Counted from the first letter of the stretch, positions 22,111 to 35,267 are shown. The stretch is 64,000 nt of DNA from Takakia lepidozioides (GCA_030704615.1 CM060734.1:15314001-15378000), one strand, 5' to 3'. Program-made: numbers and translations. The notes: generated from the letters alone by a model not told the origin.

Positions 22111-22969
22111 GACCAAGCCGAGTCTCCCAAGAACCTTGTAAACATCAGCGAGGACTTAAGTGCACAGCAGCGATAGGGCTTAGTGGGGCTTAGTGCATGA
22201 GGGGGGAAAAAAATGTCAGATTGGTCCTTGAGAACCACCATGGTGCAGCTAAGCAAGCAGAGATTGAAACACGACCTGCTAAGACCAAGCTGACTCTCCC
22301 AAGAACCTTGTAAACATCAGGAAGAATACCAAATCATGGTACTAACAGGAGCCAAAAGCCCACATTTGCACGATGGACAAACTTCTTCACATCCTACATT
22401 AAGAAAAAGCCACACCTTGCGATTGCAATTGTCCCACCATCGTGAAGGGTCTGTAAAAAACTCAAGCGAGCTCTGCTCCGTGCTGCAAATTCAGGGCCGA
22501 GTCTGATGAGAGGGCAAAACAGGCTGAAATAGGTCGAAGAAGAAGGTGCCCACACCACATTGTCGTCGACCTTGTGTCATGACCCATGGAGGATTTGACA
22601 GACCATGAACCCAAACGGACCTCTTGTGTGTGCTGCTTGTTCTGTAGTCAGCTAATGTCGGATTGTCCATGAGAACCACCACGGTGTAGCCAAGCGAGCA
22701 GAGATTGAAACACGACCTGCTAAGACCAACGTGCACGAGGACTTAGTGTGCGCAACAGCGATAGGGCTTAGTGGGGCTTAGTGCATGACGGAAATAAAAA
22801 CAACGCGAGGAGTTTGAACCCGCGACGCCGCGGCGGGCAGGAAGAGCCCTAACTAGTATGCTACATACACACAATTGCAATTTTCCCCCAAAAGTATGTA
22901 TATATTGTACATATGTGATGGGCAACTTTTTAAGTTTTTAACCTTTTTGCAAACCCTATAAGCAACTTT

Positions 22970-23177
22970 TCTTTTATTTTTTTTTTTTTTTAAAAGGAAA
23001 CCTCAGGCCCTTGAGGAGGGGGAAAAATTAACCCCCTTTCATTTATGGGCCATGAGACCTACAGGAGGTTCAACACCCAGACATACCGTCGTCACGAACA
23101 ATCCCACACACAGGGTAATGCAGCGGGTTTGAATCCCGAACCACCAGGGCAACACACTGTGCACTTACCAGCCGATG
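22970..23177 (-). mobile_element. Possible tRNA-derived SINE
   Basis: Minus strand has GCTGGTAAG...GGGATTCAAACCC (A/B-box-like) and ends in an A-rich tail (plus-strand T run 22972-22991). No TSD found. Confidence 0.35.
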
Positions 23178-23249
23178 TGTTTTTTTTAAATCTTTTGCAC
23201 TTTGATTTTTTTTTAATTTTAATTTTAATTTTTTTAATTCATTTTAGTG

Positions 23250-24873
23250 GTTACAAGTGAGCACATAGATGTATTCCATGGAGATAAACAAAACTGTTCA
23301 TCCGGTGTCTTCACGGTGGATGTATCCTATGGAGCGTTACATGAAAGATCTTAAGGGATACGTTAGGAAGATACGTTAGCCAGAAGAGATACGTTAAGGG
23401 ATACGTTAGCCAGAAGAGAGTATGGCTGCAGGGTATGTTCTTCATGGGGTTCATGACTGAGTATATGCAATCATTTGATGCAACTCAATGGCAGACTTGG
23501 GATGCAAATGCGGAGGATGGGGTTGAGGACAAGGTCTTGGAAGGTGTCGGCAAAAAGCGGGACATGATTGGAGCTGAGAGAGATGCAGCACAAATTTTGT
23601 ATGTGCTGAACAGTACCAATGTCATGGCTCCTTGGGTGCAGTGAGTATTTCTTTTCATTGAACCTTATTCATATCAAGTTCAATTTCAATTCTGACTGTC
23701 ACCAGTGTAATCAAACCACCCACAAAGTCACAAATGTCAGTGGTTCATCCTGATTATAACCACTGCTGTAGTAACATAATGTCTGAGTGAATGACTTGTT
23801 GGAAGAGCATGTTCATTTACAAAGTCATTCTGCTCACTCCTCCAGTGGTTTGAAACAGTGGTTTTCAAAGTATCATTCATGCTAGGTATTTTTTGCTAAG
23901 TAATGCAACACTTCATTGCTAACATGTGTCATTCTTGTTGCCATTTTGTGACAAAAAGTATGCAACAGAGAAGGCACAGTTCACATGAGACAGAGAGGCA
24001 TGTGGTGATGAGTGGCGTGCCAATCGATGTCTACCTTATCAGATCAGCCAATATCTAGGTCATTAGATGGTGCCACGGCTCTAAATAAAGAAGACTTGGC
24101 TATGTTGGCTACCATTGAAGCGGCATTTGTACAACCAACCGCTATTCCAGTTGAGGAAAGTGATTAAGAGGGTGACGAATATGTTTCAGATTCAAAATAA
24201 AGTTTATTGTTGGAACCATTTGTTCAATAGCATCATCCTTCTGGACACTTGTTTGTTTTTCAAAGTCTGTCACAGGTACACAAACCACTTAAAAGTTTTC
24301 ATGTATCACCATAAAAGTGGTACCAATCACTGTTATGTAAGCAACCACTTATGAGTGACCACTAGAATAGTGGTTCCCATTACTGCAGTGTCTTTCACCA
24401 CCCACTCTCCACCACTGTAAAAGTGGTACAAATCAATGAGGTGTCTTTAAACACTCAAGATCAATGTGCACTGTCCCCGTCCACGTGGAATATTATATTA
24501 ATTAAGTAAAATAGATTTCCAAATCAGAAATCATAAATAAATTTTGAATTATTACACGTGGAGTAGCAAGTGGTTTCAACCACTTCCCATCACTGAGGTG
24601 TCTATAACCACTCACAATGTACTACTGCACCCATCCACGTGGAATATTATATTTATTAACTCAAATAATTACCAAATAAAAAATAGAAAATAAAAATAAA
24701 TTATTACACGTGGACTACTCAGTGGTTGAAACCACTTCCAACCACTGTATGTGATGCCACCGTGGCATTTCATCGGGATTAACCACTGGCAAGTGGTTAC
24801 TAGTGGTTTATAGAGTGGAAAAAGACAGTAGTGGATAAAGGGCCAGTGGTTATTCCGCGTTTTTCCTGTAGTG
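23250..24873 (+). mobile_element. CACTA (En/Spm) remnant: TnpD C-terminal fragment, subterminal repeats and 3' TIR
   Basis: WMYPMERYMKDLKGYVR from 23317 (DUF4218-like); AACCACT/AGTGGTT repeats at 24280-24850; terminus TTTTTCCTGTAGTG is the reverse complement of CACTACAGGAAAAA. Confidence 0.9.
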
Positions 24874-27720
24874 TGTGGGCGCTTGCTTTCATAGGAGGTT
24901 GGTCCGGATTTGATCACAGGCCAATCCTAGAGATATGTTGTCGATGGTGAGGCTGGAGTGATGACCAGCAAGACCTGTTTCTTCTATGGTGAGGCTGGGT
25001 TGATGACCAGCAGACCATAGGAGTTCTTTGCGGTGGATGCAGGTGCAGGTTTATGTTACGAACCTAGTAGTCTAAGCCATAAGCCGCAACAGGTTCTCTA
25101 CCCGGTTACCTTGTGGAAAGGGGGATTAGAGACAGGTTTACAACAGGTGTGCAGGTTTTGAGTTTTCATCACGGAGGTGCCACCAATTGCTGAGGGGAGT
25201 GCCGGTACGAGCACTAGCGATACTAGTGGGTACACGAGACGAGGTGTGCGGTTTACCCACCTTCACCTTCTAAGTCCAGCACATTTAGGCATGCAGGTGT
25301 GGAAGGGATCCAAACACAAGAAAATCAAAACGGTAACTCTTCCACACCAAAAACACTCCACAGTGTCGCTCCTGCAAGACGCCCCAGCCCAAACCCGGAC
25401 TGACTCTTGCCTCCACCTACGGAAAGGTTTTGGCCTACAGAGAGAGTGAAAGCCTACAAGGAGAAGAGACTAAAGCAATTCCTAATCCCAAGCATGCTCT
25501 CATCCCATTACCTTTATCTCCACACTCTCTTGCTTGCGTAATAGACAAGACTATCTTTCAAGGATCTCTCAAAATAACTCTCTAAGAGCCCTGAAACTTG
25601 CCAAATATTGGCCTTCAAGGACCCCAAGTAGTCCTCCAAATAGTCCTCCAAATAGCCCTCCAAAGGCTCTTCAAATCGTCCTCCAAAAGCTCCTCCAAGG
25701 ACCCCCCAAAGATCCTCCAAAGGCAATACTCCTCCAGATACACCATATATGTCATACACTCTTAACGAAAACGTATGGTAGGCAAAGTCTCTCCACTTGT
25801 ATCCATACACTGTTCAAAACAGTGTATGTTGGGCAGTAGGAGCCATACTTTTTCCACAAAGATGTATGGTGGGCAGAATGAGCTATACCCAATTTTTGAA
25901 GTGGATGGAGACTAGGGTTTGTAGAGTATAGTAAGAAACATTATACACATTATTGCTCCTGATCCATGTTTGCATTGTCTTATCTTGCAATGCATTCATC
26001 ACAAATTGACAAGTTCCTGAGCATGATCTCCTTAGAACTCATAGCAAGCTAATGTGCCCAATGACAGGCGCCAAGCCTTGCTTCAATTTGACTTTTGTAT
26101 CTTCCATGTGCTTTCCCTTGCATGGGCTAGTCACACACACTTCCACCTCTTGGTCTAGGTATTGTCTTCATTCACAATAATGTGTATCCACACCTCTATT
26201 CAAGAGCTCATCTTCTCAAACTTGAAGTTATAAGCCCTAAAGAGCATGCTCTATATAAGCATTACTTGCTTGATCAACCATCCACCACAAAACTTAAGCA
26301 AGAAGGGAATGACTACATGAGCTTCACCTCCCCTTCCTTGTCTTGTCACATGCTAATGTATGGTTGAAGTTGCTATATTGCATGCCTTGAGCCACAATCT
26401 CCTTTCTTCATGAAGACCACCTCCAATCATCTCCCACATGTGCTGCTCTCCAATGCTCTAGGCTTGGTTTCACATCATCATGGATAGAATTTTCACCCAC
26501 ATGCTTCCATTTGGGGTCATCTTGAGCTTCTTGATGCTCTCCAAGTGTTTTCTTTTGTTGTCTTCAAGCCCTAGCCTATGTAACTAGTCCTTGGCTTCTA
26601 TTCCACAACATGCACCCCCTTGAGTTCCCCCAACCCTAGCTTAAGAGCAAAATGGGCTCTAACAAGCTCTTAAGAGCTTTCTACATGCCATGGCATACAA
26701 CATTAACTCCATGATTCATATAGTGGATTATCAAACCCTATAATCCATGCTTCCACACACACAAGACTTCCTCCTTACAATCCTTGCAAAATCTTGTGAC
26801 TCAAGAGCTTCCCTAGCTCTGCAACTCCTTGGTGCAAGCAACACCCAAACATGTGCTTTATTGCAACACCTTGCAAGCACAAGAGCCCTCTCCTTGAGCT
26901 CTCTAACCCCTTGATAGAACACACATGCACCCTTCCTTGCAAATACCTTGCAAGCACAAGAGCTCTCTCCTTGAGCTCTCCAACCCCTTGCAGATAGAAC
27001 ATACTTGCACCTTTCCTCGCAAGCACAAGAGCTCTCCTAGCTCTCTACCTCCTTACATACACGTGCAATACTAACCCTTACACTTTGCACTCACAAGCAT
27101 AAGGTCATCTTCTTGTAGTGATAATGAAAGTGAACACGATGGAAACACTCCACTCATGAATCCACTCAAGCACATAAGCTAAGTCAAGCCAAAGGCACCT
27201 TTGCTAAAGGAATCCACCCTACAAAGCCCTCACCACACTCCCTCTCAATACCTAGAGCTATGGAGGTGGGAGAGGCTCATGGAGGCTCAACTACAAGAAG
27301 ATGAGCCCTCATTAACCCTCACAAGGGGAAAACCCATCTCCATGTCCCAAGTGAGGCTTGACACCTCACTTGGCATATGAGACCAAATGAAGTCCCACAC
27401 AAAATACAAATATAAATATCCAAAATATCCTAATTAACTAGAAGTAGGTAATTCTAGTTAACCATAACTAAAACCGTGACACCTAACCCACCTTGTCGCC
27501 GGACTTTATGCCCCGTGTGACTCACCCTTTCTCGTGCGTGCGCACGTGATGGTTCATTAGAAACAACAAAACAAGAAGTCATAGTTGTTTGTGGCTTAGA
27601 GCTTGCTAGATGTTTCAGCAAAGCTTAGAGGAGACAACTAATAATACTTGAGAAAGACTAAAGTGAGGGAGAGGCCTATGTTCAAGAGCTCAAGTGCATT
27701 TAGGCCAAGTATCATTCTAT
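24874..27720. mobile_element. Family A copy A3: leader and gag start only, with 24874-25270 inverted
   Basis: 24874-25270 is the reverse complement of about 7126-7516; 25273-25500 matches 7525-7760 directly; 27170-27480 resembles 11090-11315. Confidence 0.8.
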
Positions 27721-28820
27721 GAAGTGAAGAAAGGTGGTCGGGTTTTGCTTACTGCCAGAGCCATTGGTGCTGCTGGTGCAACTGGTGCTACTGGTGCTGC
27801 TGGTTGTCCAAACTGAAATGGTCTAGCTGTTGTTGACTGTGTTGGTGTTGGGATCGTCAATAATAATGGTGTTGCTAGTGTTTGTCTTCCAAAGAAAGAT
27901 TCAAAGCTGGGAGGTCCTTGTCCTAAGGATAGCCGCTTACTAGCTGTTGTTCCAACTGAACTTAGTGAATCTTTAAAAGCTTTGAATGCTGTCCTGGTTA
28001 CTTTTTCTGGAGAAGCGGTTTCAATTCTTTCGCCTTCTTCACTTAAAAGATCCTCAAATTTTTCTTCCAATAATTCCGCAAAACCTCGATTTGGGCTCGT
28101 TGCTGTGGAAGTTTCTTCAGATCTTTCCTGTGGTAACCATTCGTTGAGCATATTACTCACAACTCCTTCTGGTGTGGTCTTCTCAGTTTCTGGAGATCTG
28201 GTCTCCTGATCTTCTGGATTATCAGTTTCAGCTTGTTCAGATGTCTCTCCTGGAAGAATACTAAAGTTTTGTAATTTTGGGAACTTTTTCCCTGTTTTCT
28301 TCACTCATTCCCACATCATATATGGATCCCTTTTAATTACCCTTCCATAAGCCTTGGTATGTCAGAAAAGAAAATTACAGTGGTCTCTACCCTTTCTTCA
28401 AGATTACACCAACCTGCCAGAATCCGTAGCACGACTTAATCTTTCTTTACTGATTGATCACCAATCTTTTAATGGGCACAATAATACCATTTGTCATTAT
28501 CGGTATACCTGACCTGTAACAAGTCTTTAGGCATCCAGTATTCTACTTCTTCTATGACAGTGTGATAGTAGTCACAATTTGAAAACCTACTTTGTAGCTG
28601 TAACTGATATAATATATTTTACTGATCGGTACCAGTGTAATCAGTAAAGCAAGACGAGAAAGCCAAATCTCGCTTAATCGTTGTGGTTCCCAAAGTGCTT
28701 GTGCAATATCAATTACTCCTCCATTCGATCCCCATTTATCATCTTCTTTGGCAATTGAAAGAAGATCTTATGTTGTATTGCTACTGGTAAACCCTTGAAC
28801 TTTTCTAGGAATGTTTTCCA

Positions 28821-29387
28821 TGTCACGGACAAAGCCCAAAAGAATTTACGAGGAGTAAATACCAGAAGTTACCAAGTTATCATGTTACCGAAAATTATCA
28901 TGATTTATCATGATCTACTATGATTTACCATAAGTTATCATTGGTTACCAAGTTACCGAAAGTTTACCAAATTATTGAGAGTAACTTGGGAAACTGCTCA
29001 TGAAGCTTCCTTTGGAGGAAACTTCTCCATCAAGATACCTCCTTTGTTTAAGGAAACTTCTCCATCAAGAAACCTCCATTAGGGAAGCTTCTTAGAGAAC
29101 TTTCTAGTAGCTAGTATATATAGAAGGCGAGACTGGACACTCCTCAGTCTCGCCAACACAAGTTCAAGCTACTCTTGTTTCCAGTCCCAGTACTCCAGTC
29201 CAATTTTCAGCATTCCGGTATTCAAGTCGAGTTTCAGTATCTTGTACTCTTGTCCATTGTTATAAAGATCATTTTGATTTATGTTTACCCATCATGCATT
29301 TCACCACGCCGACCTTGACTTCTTGTCTAGTCTTGTATCTCTAGTCTGATCTCTTGTTTGTGTTCAGTCATGTTCTCGTCCTTGACA
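28821..29387 (+). repeat. 5' LTR of the chromovirus
   Basis: Direct repeat of 34560-35163; TATATATAG at 29115. Confidence 0.96.
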
Positions 29388-29389
29388 GT

Positions 29390-29400
29390 TTGGCGAGACT
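29390..29400 (+). promoter_or_regulatory. Self-priming type PBS TTGGCGAGACT
   Basis: Exact reverse complement of AGTCTCGCCAA at 29146-29156, which lies 31 nt after the TATA box start. Confidence 0.8.
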
Positions 29401-29425
29401 AAAGTTTGTTCCTTAGTTAGTTAAG

Positions 29426-32400
29426 ATGGAAGACACATTTGTGGAAATGGTCGTCTCCTTGCAGAGTCTTCAGCTCCAGATGCAAGAACTTCGTACCTCT
29501 ACCGCCCAATTACAAGCTGATCAGTCTCAAGATCTTGGCAACGCTCTCCACAATTTGCAACAACAAATTTCAAAGTTAAAGGAGTCGAACAATGGATCTT
29601 CAACCATACGAGTCCCTACTACCACAGCTCCTACTGCAACGGCTCATCTTCAACAGATTACGAGAGAACCAAAGATCAGCATGCCCGAGAAATTTGATGG
29701 GAGGAGATCAAGATTTCGCGGTTTTGTTCAACAAGTACGATTGTTCCTACGACTACATCCACAACGCTACCCCGGATGAAGGTATTCAAGTAGGATTCGT
29801 GGGCACCATTCTATCAGGCACTGCCTTATCTTGGTTTGCACCGCTATTAAAAAAAAATCGCACTTACTATACAATTTTGAAACGTTCATGACCGAGTTAA
29901 CTGCAAGAATGATAGAGAGAGAATTGCAAAGACAAAGATGCGAAATCTTCGACAAGGAGCACGTTCTGCTTCCGTTTATGCTGCCGAATTTCGACAACTT
30001 GCGTGCGACCTCGACTGAAATGAGAAGAGCCGCATTAGTCAGTTTCGATGTGGGTTAAAAGAGGATGTAAAAAATTTGTTGCTGACAATGTCAAACGTGA
30101 GTACACTGAGCGAATTCATCATCCAAATCATTGCATGCGATAATCGTTTGTTTAAAGACGTCAAGAGAAGCGATATGGATGGTCGACGACGCATCATGTC
30201 GCTGCTACTACGGTACCAAACACAACTATCCATCAGACATCCGGTAGTGATCATATGCAGATTGAGTCCGATTCAAGCCATTGACGCACAAGAAAAACAA
30301 AGACGGCTCTCGAATGGATTCGCAACAAGCGTAAACCACAACCAAGAGAACGACATCAGTTCTGATACCAAAAAAGGGGGCTGACGTAAACACCCCAGAG
30401 TAGAGAAGAAGATCACATAGCATTAAACTGCCCCAATAAGAGAAGATTCAAAGCTCGGGGCGCAACTCAGGTGTTCGATACGAGGAGGTCGGAAAACGAA
30501 GCTGTCCAGTCACAGTAGGGACCATGCGGCTGAACACCACAAATTCCTCATAAAAAAAAGGTCTCTTTCTACCTCTAAACCCTGCACCTTGCTTCACAGT
30601 TCCGGTAAAAATCAGAGTGCAAAATTGAGATATCTCTATAGAAGCACTTTTGGAGTCAGAGGCTTCAGCATGTTTTATTGACAAAAACTTTGCGAAGCAA
30701 CACAATTTAACGCTCGTAAAGAAGAAACTTTCGGCCCCCGTTGAAGTCATCGATGGACGACCGTTAGCATCAGGAAATGTTGACCATGAAACTCAACCAC
30801 TTGAAGTGAAGCTTAAAGATCAAGCATCACATTTTGTTTTCAACGTCATCCAGTCTCCAACGAATCATGTGATCCTTGGACTTCTCTGGTTCATATTTCA
30901 CAATCCTGACATCGACTGGCGATCGCGAAAAATTTCTGCAAGACAAAAATGTAGAAATATCAAAGGTATTCAACCCATGTTCCTTGGAGCTAGAGCTTTC
31001 ATGAGAGCTACCAAAGAGGATGCGACATTTGCACTTTATGCGACTCCGATCAAGACCACAACAGCCAAAGGTACTTCAACATTACCCACTCAATATCAAG
31101 ATTTCAAGGATGTCTTCGAGAAGAAAAATGCAGACATATTGCCAGAACATCGACCCACCATTCGGCCCAATCTATAACTTATCCCAGACGGAGTTGGCTG
31201 CATTACGTGAATACATTGATGAAAATTTGTCGAAGAACTTCATCCGACATTCAAAATCACCTGCGGGGGCGCCTATCTTGTTTATGAAAAAGAATGACGA
31301 ATCATTACGCATGTGTGTAGACTATCGCGGTCTCAACAAAGTCACAATTAAGAATTGTTATCCGTTGCCGCTGATTTCTGGGCTTCTCCACCAGCTAGGA
31401 CGAGCGAAGATTTTCATCAAAATTGGCTTGAGATGAGCTTATAACCTTGTACGGATAAAAGAAGGAAACGAATGGAAAACAACTTTTCGAACAATGTATG
31501 GACATTTTGAATACAGTGTTATGCCTTTCAGTCTTACAAATGCTCCAGTAATTTTCCAACATATGATGAATGACATCTTTCGAGAATTTTTAGATGACTT
31601 TGTAATCATCTATTTGGACGACATTTTGATATTCTCACAGAATGAAAAAGAACATGGCCGTCATGTACGCCTTGTCTTTGATAAATTAAGAGAAAGAGGA
31701 CTATATGCCAAGTTGGAAAAATGTCTTTTCCATCAATCTGAGGTCGAAATGGGCTACATTATTTCCGACAAAGGCGTCTTTATGGATCAGAAGAAAATAC
31801 AAACCATCATCGAGTGGATTAAACCAACTTCGGTCCGAGATGTATAATGTTTTCTGGGATTTGCAAATTTCTATAGAATCTTCATCAAGGACTACTCCAA
31901 AATTGCTGCACCATTGACACGACTCACATGGAAGGACAAATTTGTATGGGACGAGAAGGCTGACCAGGCATTTGAAAGGCTGAAGCAGGCATTTACAACG
32001 GCTCAATACTGATACATGCAGACCCATCTAAACCATTCTTTTTGGAAGCAGATGCATCAGACTTTGCACTTGGCGCTGTATTATTCCAATACGGTATGGA
32101 TGGCCGCCCTGTTGGTTTTCCTTCTCGCAAATTTCCGCTGCGGAGATCAATTATGAAATCCATGACAAAGAACTTATAGCGATTATCGATGCTTTTGAAG
32201 AGTGGCGTCATCTATTGGAGGGAGCTAAACATCAGGTCACTGTCTACACCGATCACAAAAACCTCGCGTATTTTATGAGTGCTCGTGTTTTGAATCGACA
32301 TCAAGCGAGATGGAGTATGTCACTAGCAAGGTTTGATTTTGTTATTACCTACCGTCCCGAACATCTTCAAGGAAAATCAGATGTTCTTTCTCGACGATCG

Positions 32401-33960
32401 TATCTTGCGCCAAAAGAAGGGGACGCGGTTTTCGACCAATAGAAATTCATCATCTTGAAACCAGCAAATCTCCAATTGAATATGTTATCCATGTCCACCT
32501 ATAACGATGCAGAGATCATAAAGGAGATTTAGGAAGCATTGAAGTGCGACCAATTTGCTAAAACACTATGAAGTCAACTGAATCAACCTCAAGACCACCC
32601 ACATGTTACAAACGATTTCGAATTCACAGATGACTTATTTTACTTCAAGGGACTTCTCTATGTACCTCTAGGACCTATACGACTTCGAATTCTTCAAATA
32701 GGTCATGATCTTCCGGCTGAAGGACATTTCGGCTTCAACAAAACAATGGAATTGATATCCAGGGACTATTGGTGGCCGCAGATGTGGAAACTCGTGAAAG
32801 AATTTATAAAATCTTGCGACACGTGTGCTAGAGCAAAGGGACCACGACATCGACCTTACGGTCTTCTTTAACCATTACCCATTCCCAAGGGTCCATGGTC
32901 GTCCGTGTTTATAGACTTTATTACGGATCTTCCAATTTTCAAGACCACCGATTCAATCGTTGTTATTGTGGATCGTTTTACGAAGATGACACATTTCATT
33001 CCATGTAATAAGACGGTTACAGGCGAGGAAACTGCAAGACTCTTCCTCAACAATATCTACCGCATTCATGGACTCTCGAAGGACATCGTATCTGATCAAG
33101 GACCACAGTTTATATCAAATTTTTGGAGGGGATTATTTCACATATTGGATATTAAGATCAACCTCTCTACAGCTAATCATCCACAGACTGATGGTCAAAC
33201 CAAACGCGTAAACCAGATTTTGGAGCAGTATCTTCGTTGATAAATTATCACCAAGATAATTGGACGGACCTTCTGCCATTAGCTGAGTTTGCCTACAACA
33301 ACACTATACATTCTTCGACCAAGCAAACTCCATTTTTCTCCAATTATGGTCATCATCCGCGAGCAAACCCTTTCCACATGAAGACTGTTGGAAGCCCTGC
33401 TGCAGAAAACCTTGCTACTCATCTTGCTACGATTCACAAGGAACTTACATTCCACCTCGCAGAAGCTCAAAAACAATACAAGGAGTATGCAGATCTACAT
33501 CGTCAACTTCAACCCCAGTTCAAGGTTGGAGATTGTATATGGCTTCTTCGACGGGACATATAAACCTCGTGACCATCAAGGAAGTTGGATTATCAACGCC
33601 TGGGACCATTCAAAATTATTCGACAAATAAATCCGGTCAGTTTTCGGCTTGAACTTCCACGAAGTGTGCACATCACCCAGTCTTTCATGTCTCATTATTA
33701 GAATTGTATCATCACTCAAGTATCCCCGGGCGAGTTTATGTACCACCTCCACCGATTGAAGTCAATCAGGAAATTGAGTATGAAGTCGACGAAATCCTAG
33801 ACTCTCGCATCAAGTATAAACGTCTTGAGTATTTCGTACATTAGAAAGGCTACGACATCAGCGAGCAAACGTGGAAACCTTCATCCAACCTCGCCAATAC
33901 ATCTGACAAAATCCAAGAGTTTCATCAACGATATCCAGCTAAGCCCCGAGCTACACATCA
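29426..33960 (+). pseudogene. gag-pol of the chromovirus, with stops and frameshifts
   Basis: PEKFDG gag; ALLESEAS (degenerate DSGA); [10 protein letters not shown]; YLDDILI; EADASDFALG; FIDFITDLP; chromodomain [11 protein letters not shown]...KGY at about 33771-33945. Confidence 0.93.
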
Positions 33961-34110
33961 ATAAGGCGTCACAACGATGATGTCAGCCAAGTTAGCTTCA
34001 AGGTGAAGACTCCACATTTAGTATACCTAATACACGCTAAGGAGGGAGGAGCCCTACACATCAGTATATATAGCTACACTTCCAGCACTCTTGCATCTTG
34101 TATTGGCAGC

Positions 34111-34593
34111 ATGGAGTCACAAGAATCGGATACATTGGAGCTGTCGCTTACCCAACTTCCAGACCAGCCGTTCCGACTCTCACAACCTTCACAACGACAC
34201 CCTCGAGACGATGGGCCACCAATGCGACGCGTACTTTCTCATCTGGACCCCGTACGACGGCAAGTGAAGCCTACTCAAAGTCTGATAATCATGTTGGAGG
34301 TTGAGGCTTCGAACCCAGAAGACAACAAAATCATGTTTGAAGGCAGCTTCGAAAATCAGAATGCTCAAATCACTGTGGTCCCAAGTTCAAGGTGTTGGAC
34401 ACTATCGATGTTGCAGGGACCTATAAATCATTTGAGTCAAGAACGAAGAGCCGAATATTTGGCAAGTATCATTCGTCGGGATTTTGGATTTTCTCCAACT
34501 CTAAGTAAGTCAAAGATTTTACCGTTCCTCGATGAACTCGGTGCTACAGGAGAGGGTGATGTCACGGACATAGCCCAGAGGAATTTACCATGA
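34111..34593 (+). CDS. Extra 160-aa ORF of unknown function between the chromodomain and the 3' LTR
   Basis: Frame open from 34003 to 34593, ATG at 34111, TATATATAG at about 34065; runs through the PPT into the LTR. Confidence 0.5.
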   Translation: MESQESDTLELSLTQLPDQPFRLSQPSQRHPRDDGPPMRRVLSHLDPVRRQVKPTQSLIIMLEVEASNPEDNKIMFEGSFENQNAQITVVPSSRCWTLSMLQGPINHLSQERRAEYLASIIRRDFGFSPTLSKSKILPFLDELGATGEGDVTDIAQRNLP

Positions 34594-35163
34594 GTAAATA
34601 CCAGAAGTTATCAAGTTGTCATGTTATCAAAAGTTACCATGATCTACTATGATTTACCATAAGTTACTATTGGTTACCAAGTTATCGGAAGTTTACCAAA
34701 TTACCGAGAGTAACTTGGGAAACTGCTCAGGAAGCTTCTTTTGGAGGAAACTTCTCCATCAAGATACCTCCTTTGTTTAAGGAAACTTCTCTATCAAGAA
34801 ACCTCCATTGGAGAAGCTTCTTAGGGAACTTCCTAGTAGCTAATATATATAGAAGGCGAGACTGGACACTCCTCAGTCTCGCCAATACAAGTTCAAGCTA
34901 CTCTTGTTTCCAGTCCCAGTACTCCAGTCCAGCTTCCAGTACTCTAGTCCAGTTTCCAGTATCTGGTACTCCAGTCCAGTTTTCAGCATTCAAGTATTCA
35001 AGTCGAGTTCCAATATCTTGTACTCTTGTCCATTGTTATAAAGATCATCTTGATTCATGTTTACCCATTATGCATTCCGCCACGCTGATCTTGACTTCTT
35101 GTCTAGTCTTGTATCTCTAGTCTGATCTCTTGTTTGTATGCAGTCATGTTCTCGTCCTTGACA
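34560..35163 (+). repeat. 3' LTR of the chromovirus
   Basis: Direct repeat of 28821-29387 with scattered substitutions and copy-number changes in internal short repeats. Confidence 0.96.
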
Positions 35164-35267
35164 ATCCATTCATTTGCTTCCGCTGATTTGTTCTCCCGTG
35201 ATTTCAAGAAATCACTGAGTATTCACTGGAATTCAACATACCGTTAGTCCCCAGTATGATCGCCAAA

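Larger units (their letters stand above)
17900..22736 (-). pseudogene. Cluster 1 of PLS-class PPR pseudogene fragments interleaved with PDF-motif exons
   Basis: Repeated NTLVDMFAKCG.IEDAKGVF.TMAERDVVSWSAMLAGYAQ and ACASLAALEKGKEVHG. PDF exons near 18473-18590, 18710-18846, 19211-19325 and 22555-22670. Many frameshifts; no E or DYW domain seen. Confidence 0.88.
28821..35163 (+). mobile_element. Full-length Ty3/gypsy chromovirus (Tcn1/Tf1-like), decayed
   Basis: Paired LTRs TGTCACGGAC...CCTTGACA; TSD TTCCA/ATCCA with one mismatch; PPT AGGAGAGGGTGA at 34548-34559; gag-PR-RT-RH-INT-chromodomain. Confidence 0.96.

Noticed and set aside
22805-22865. Functional tRNA gene
   Set aside because: Only box-like motifs are present; I cannot build a cloverleaf with acceptor and anticodon stems.
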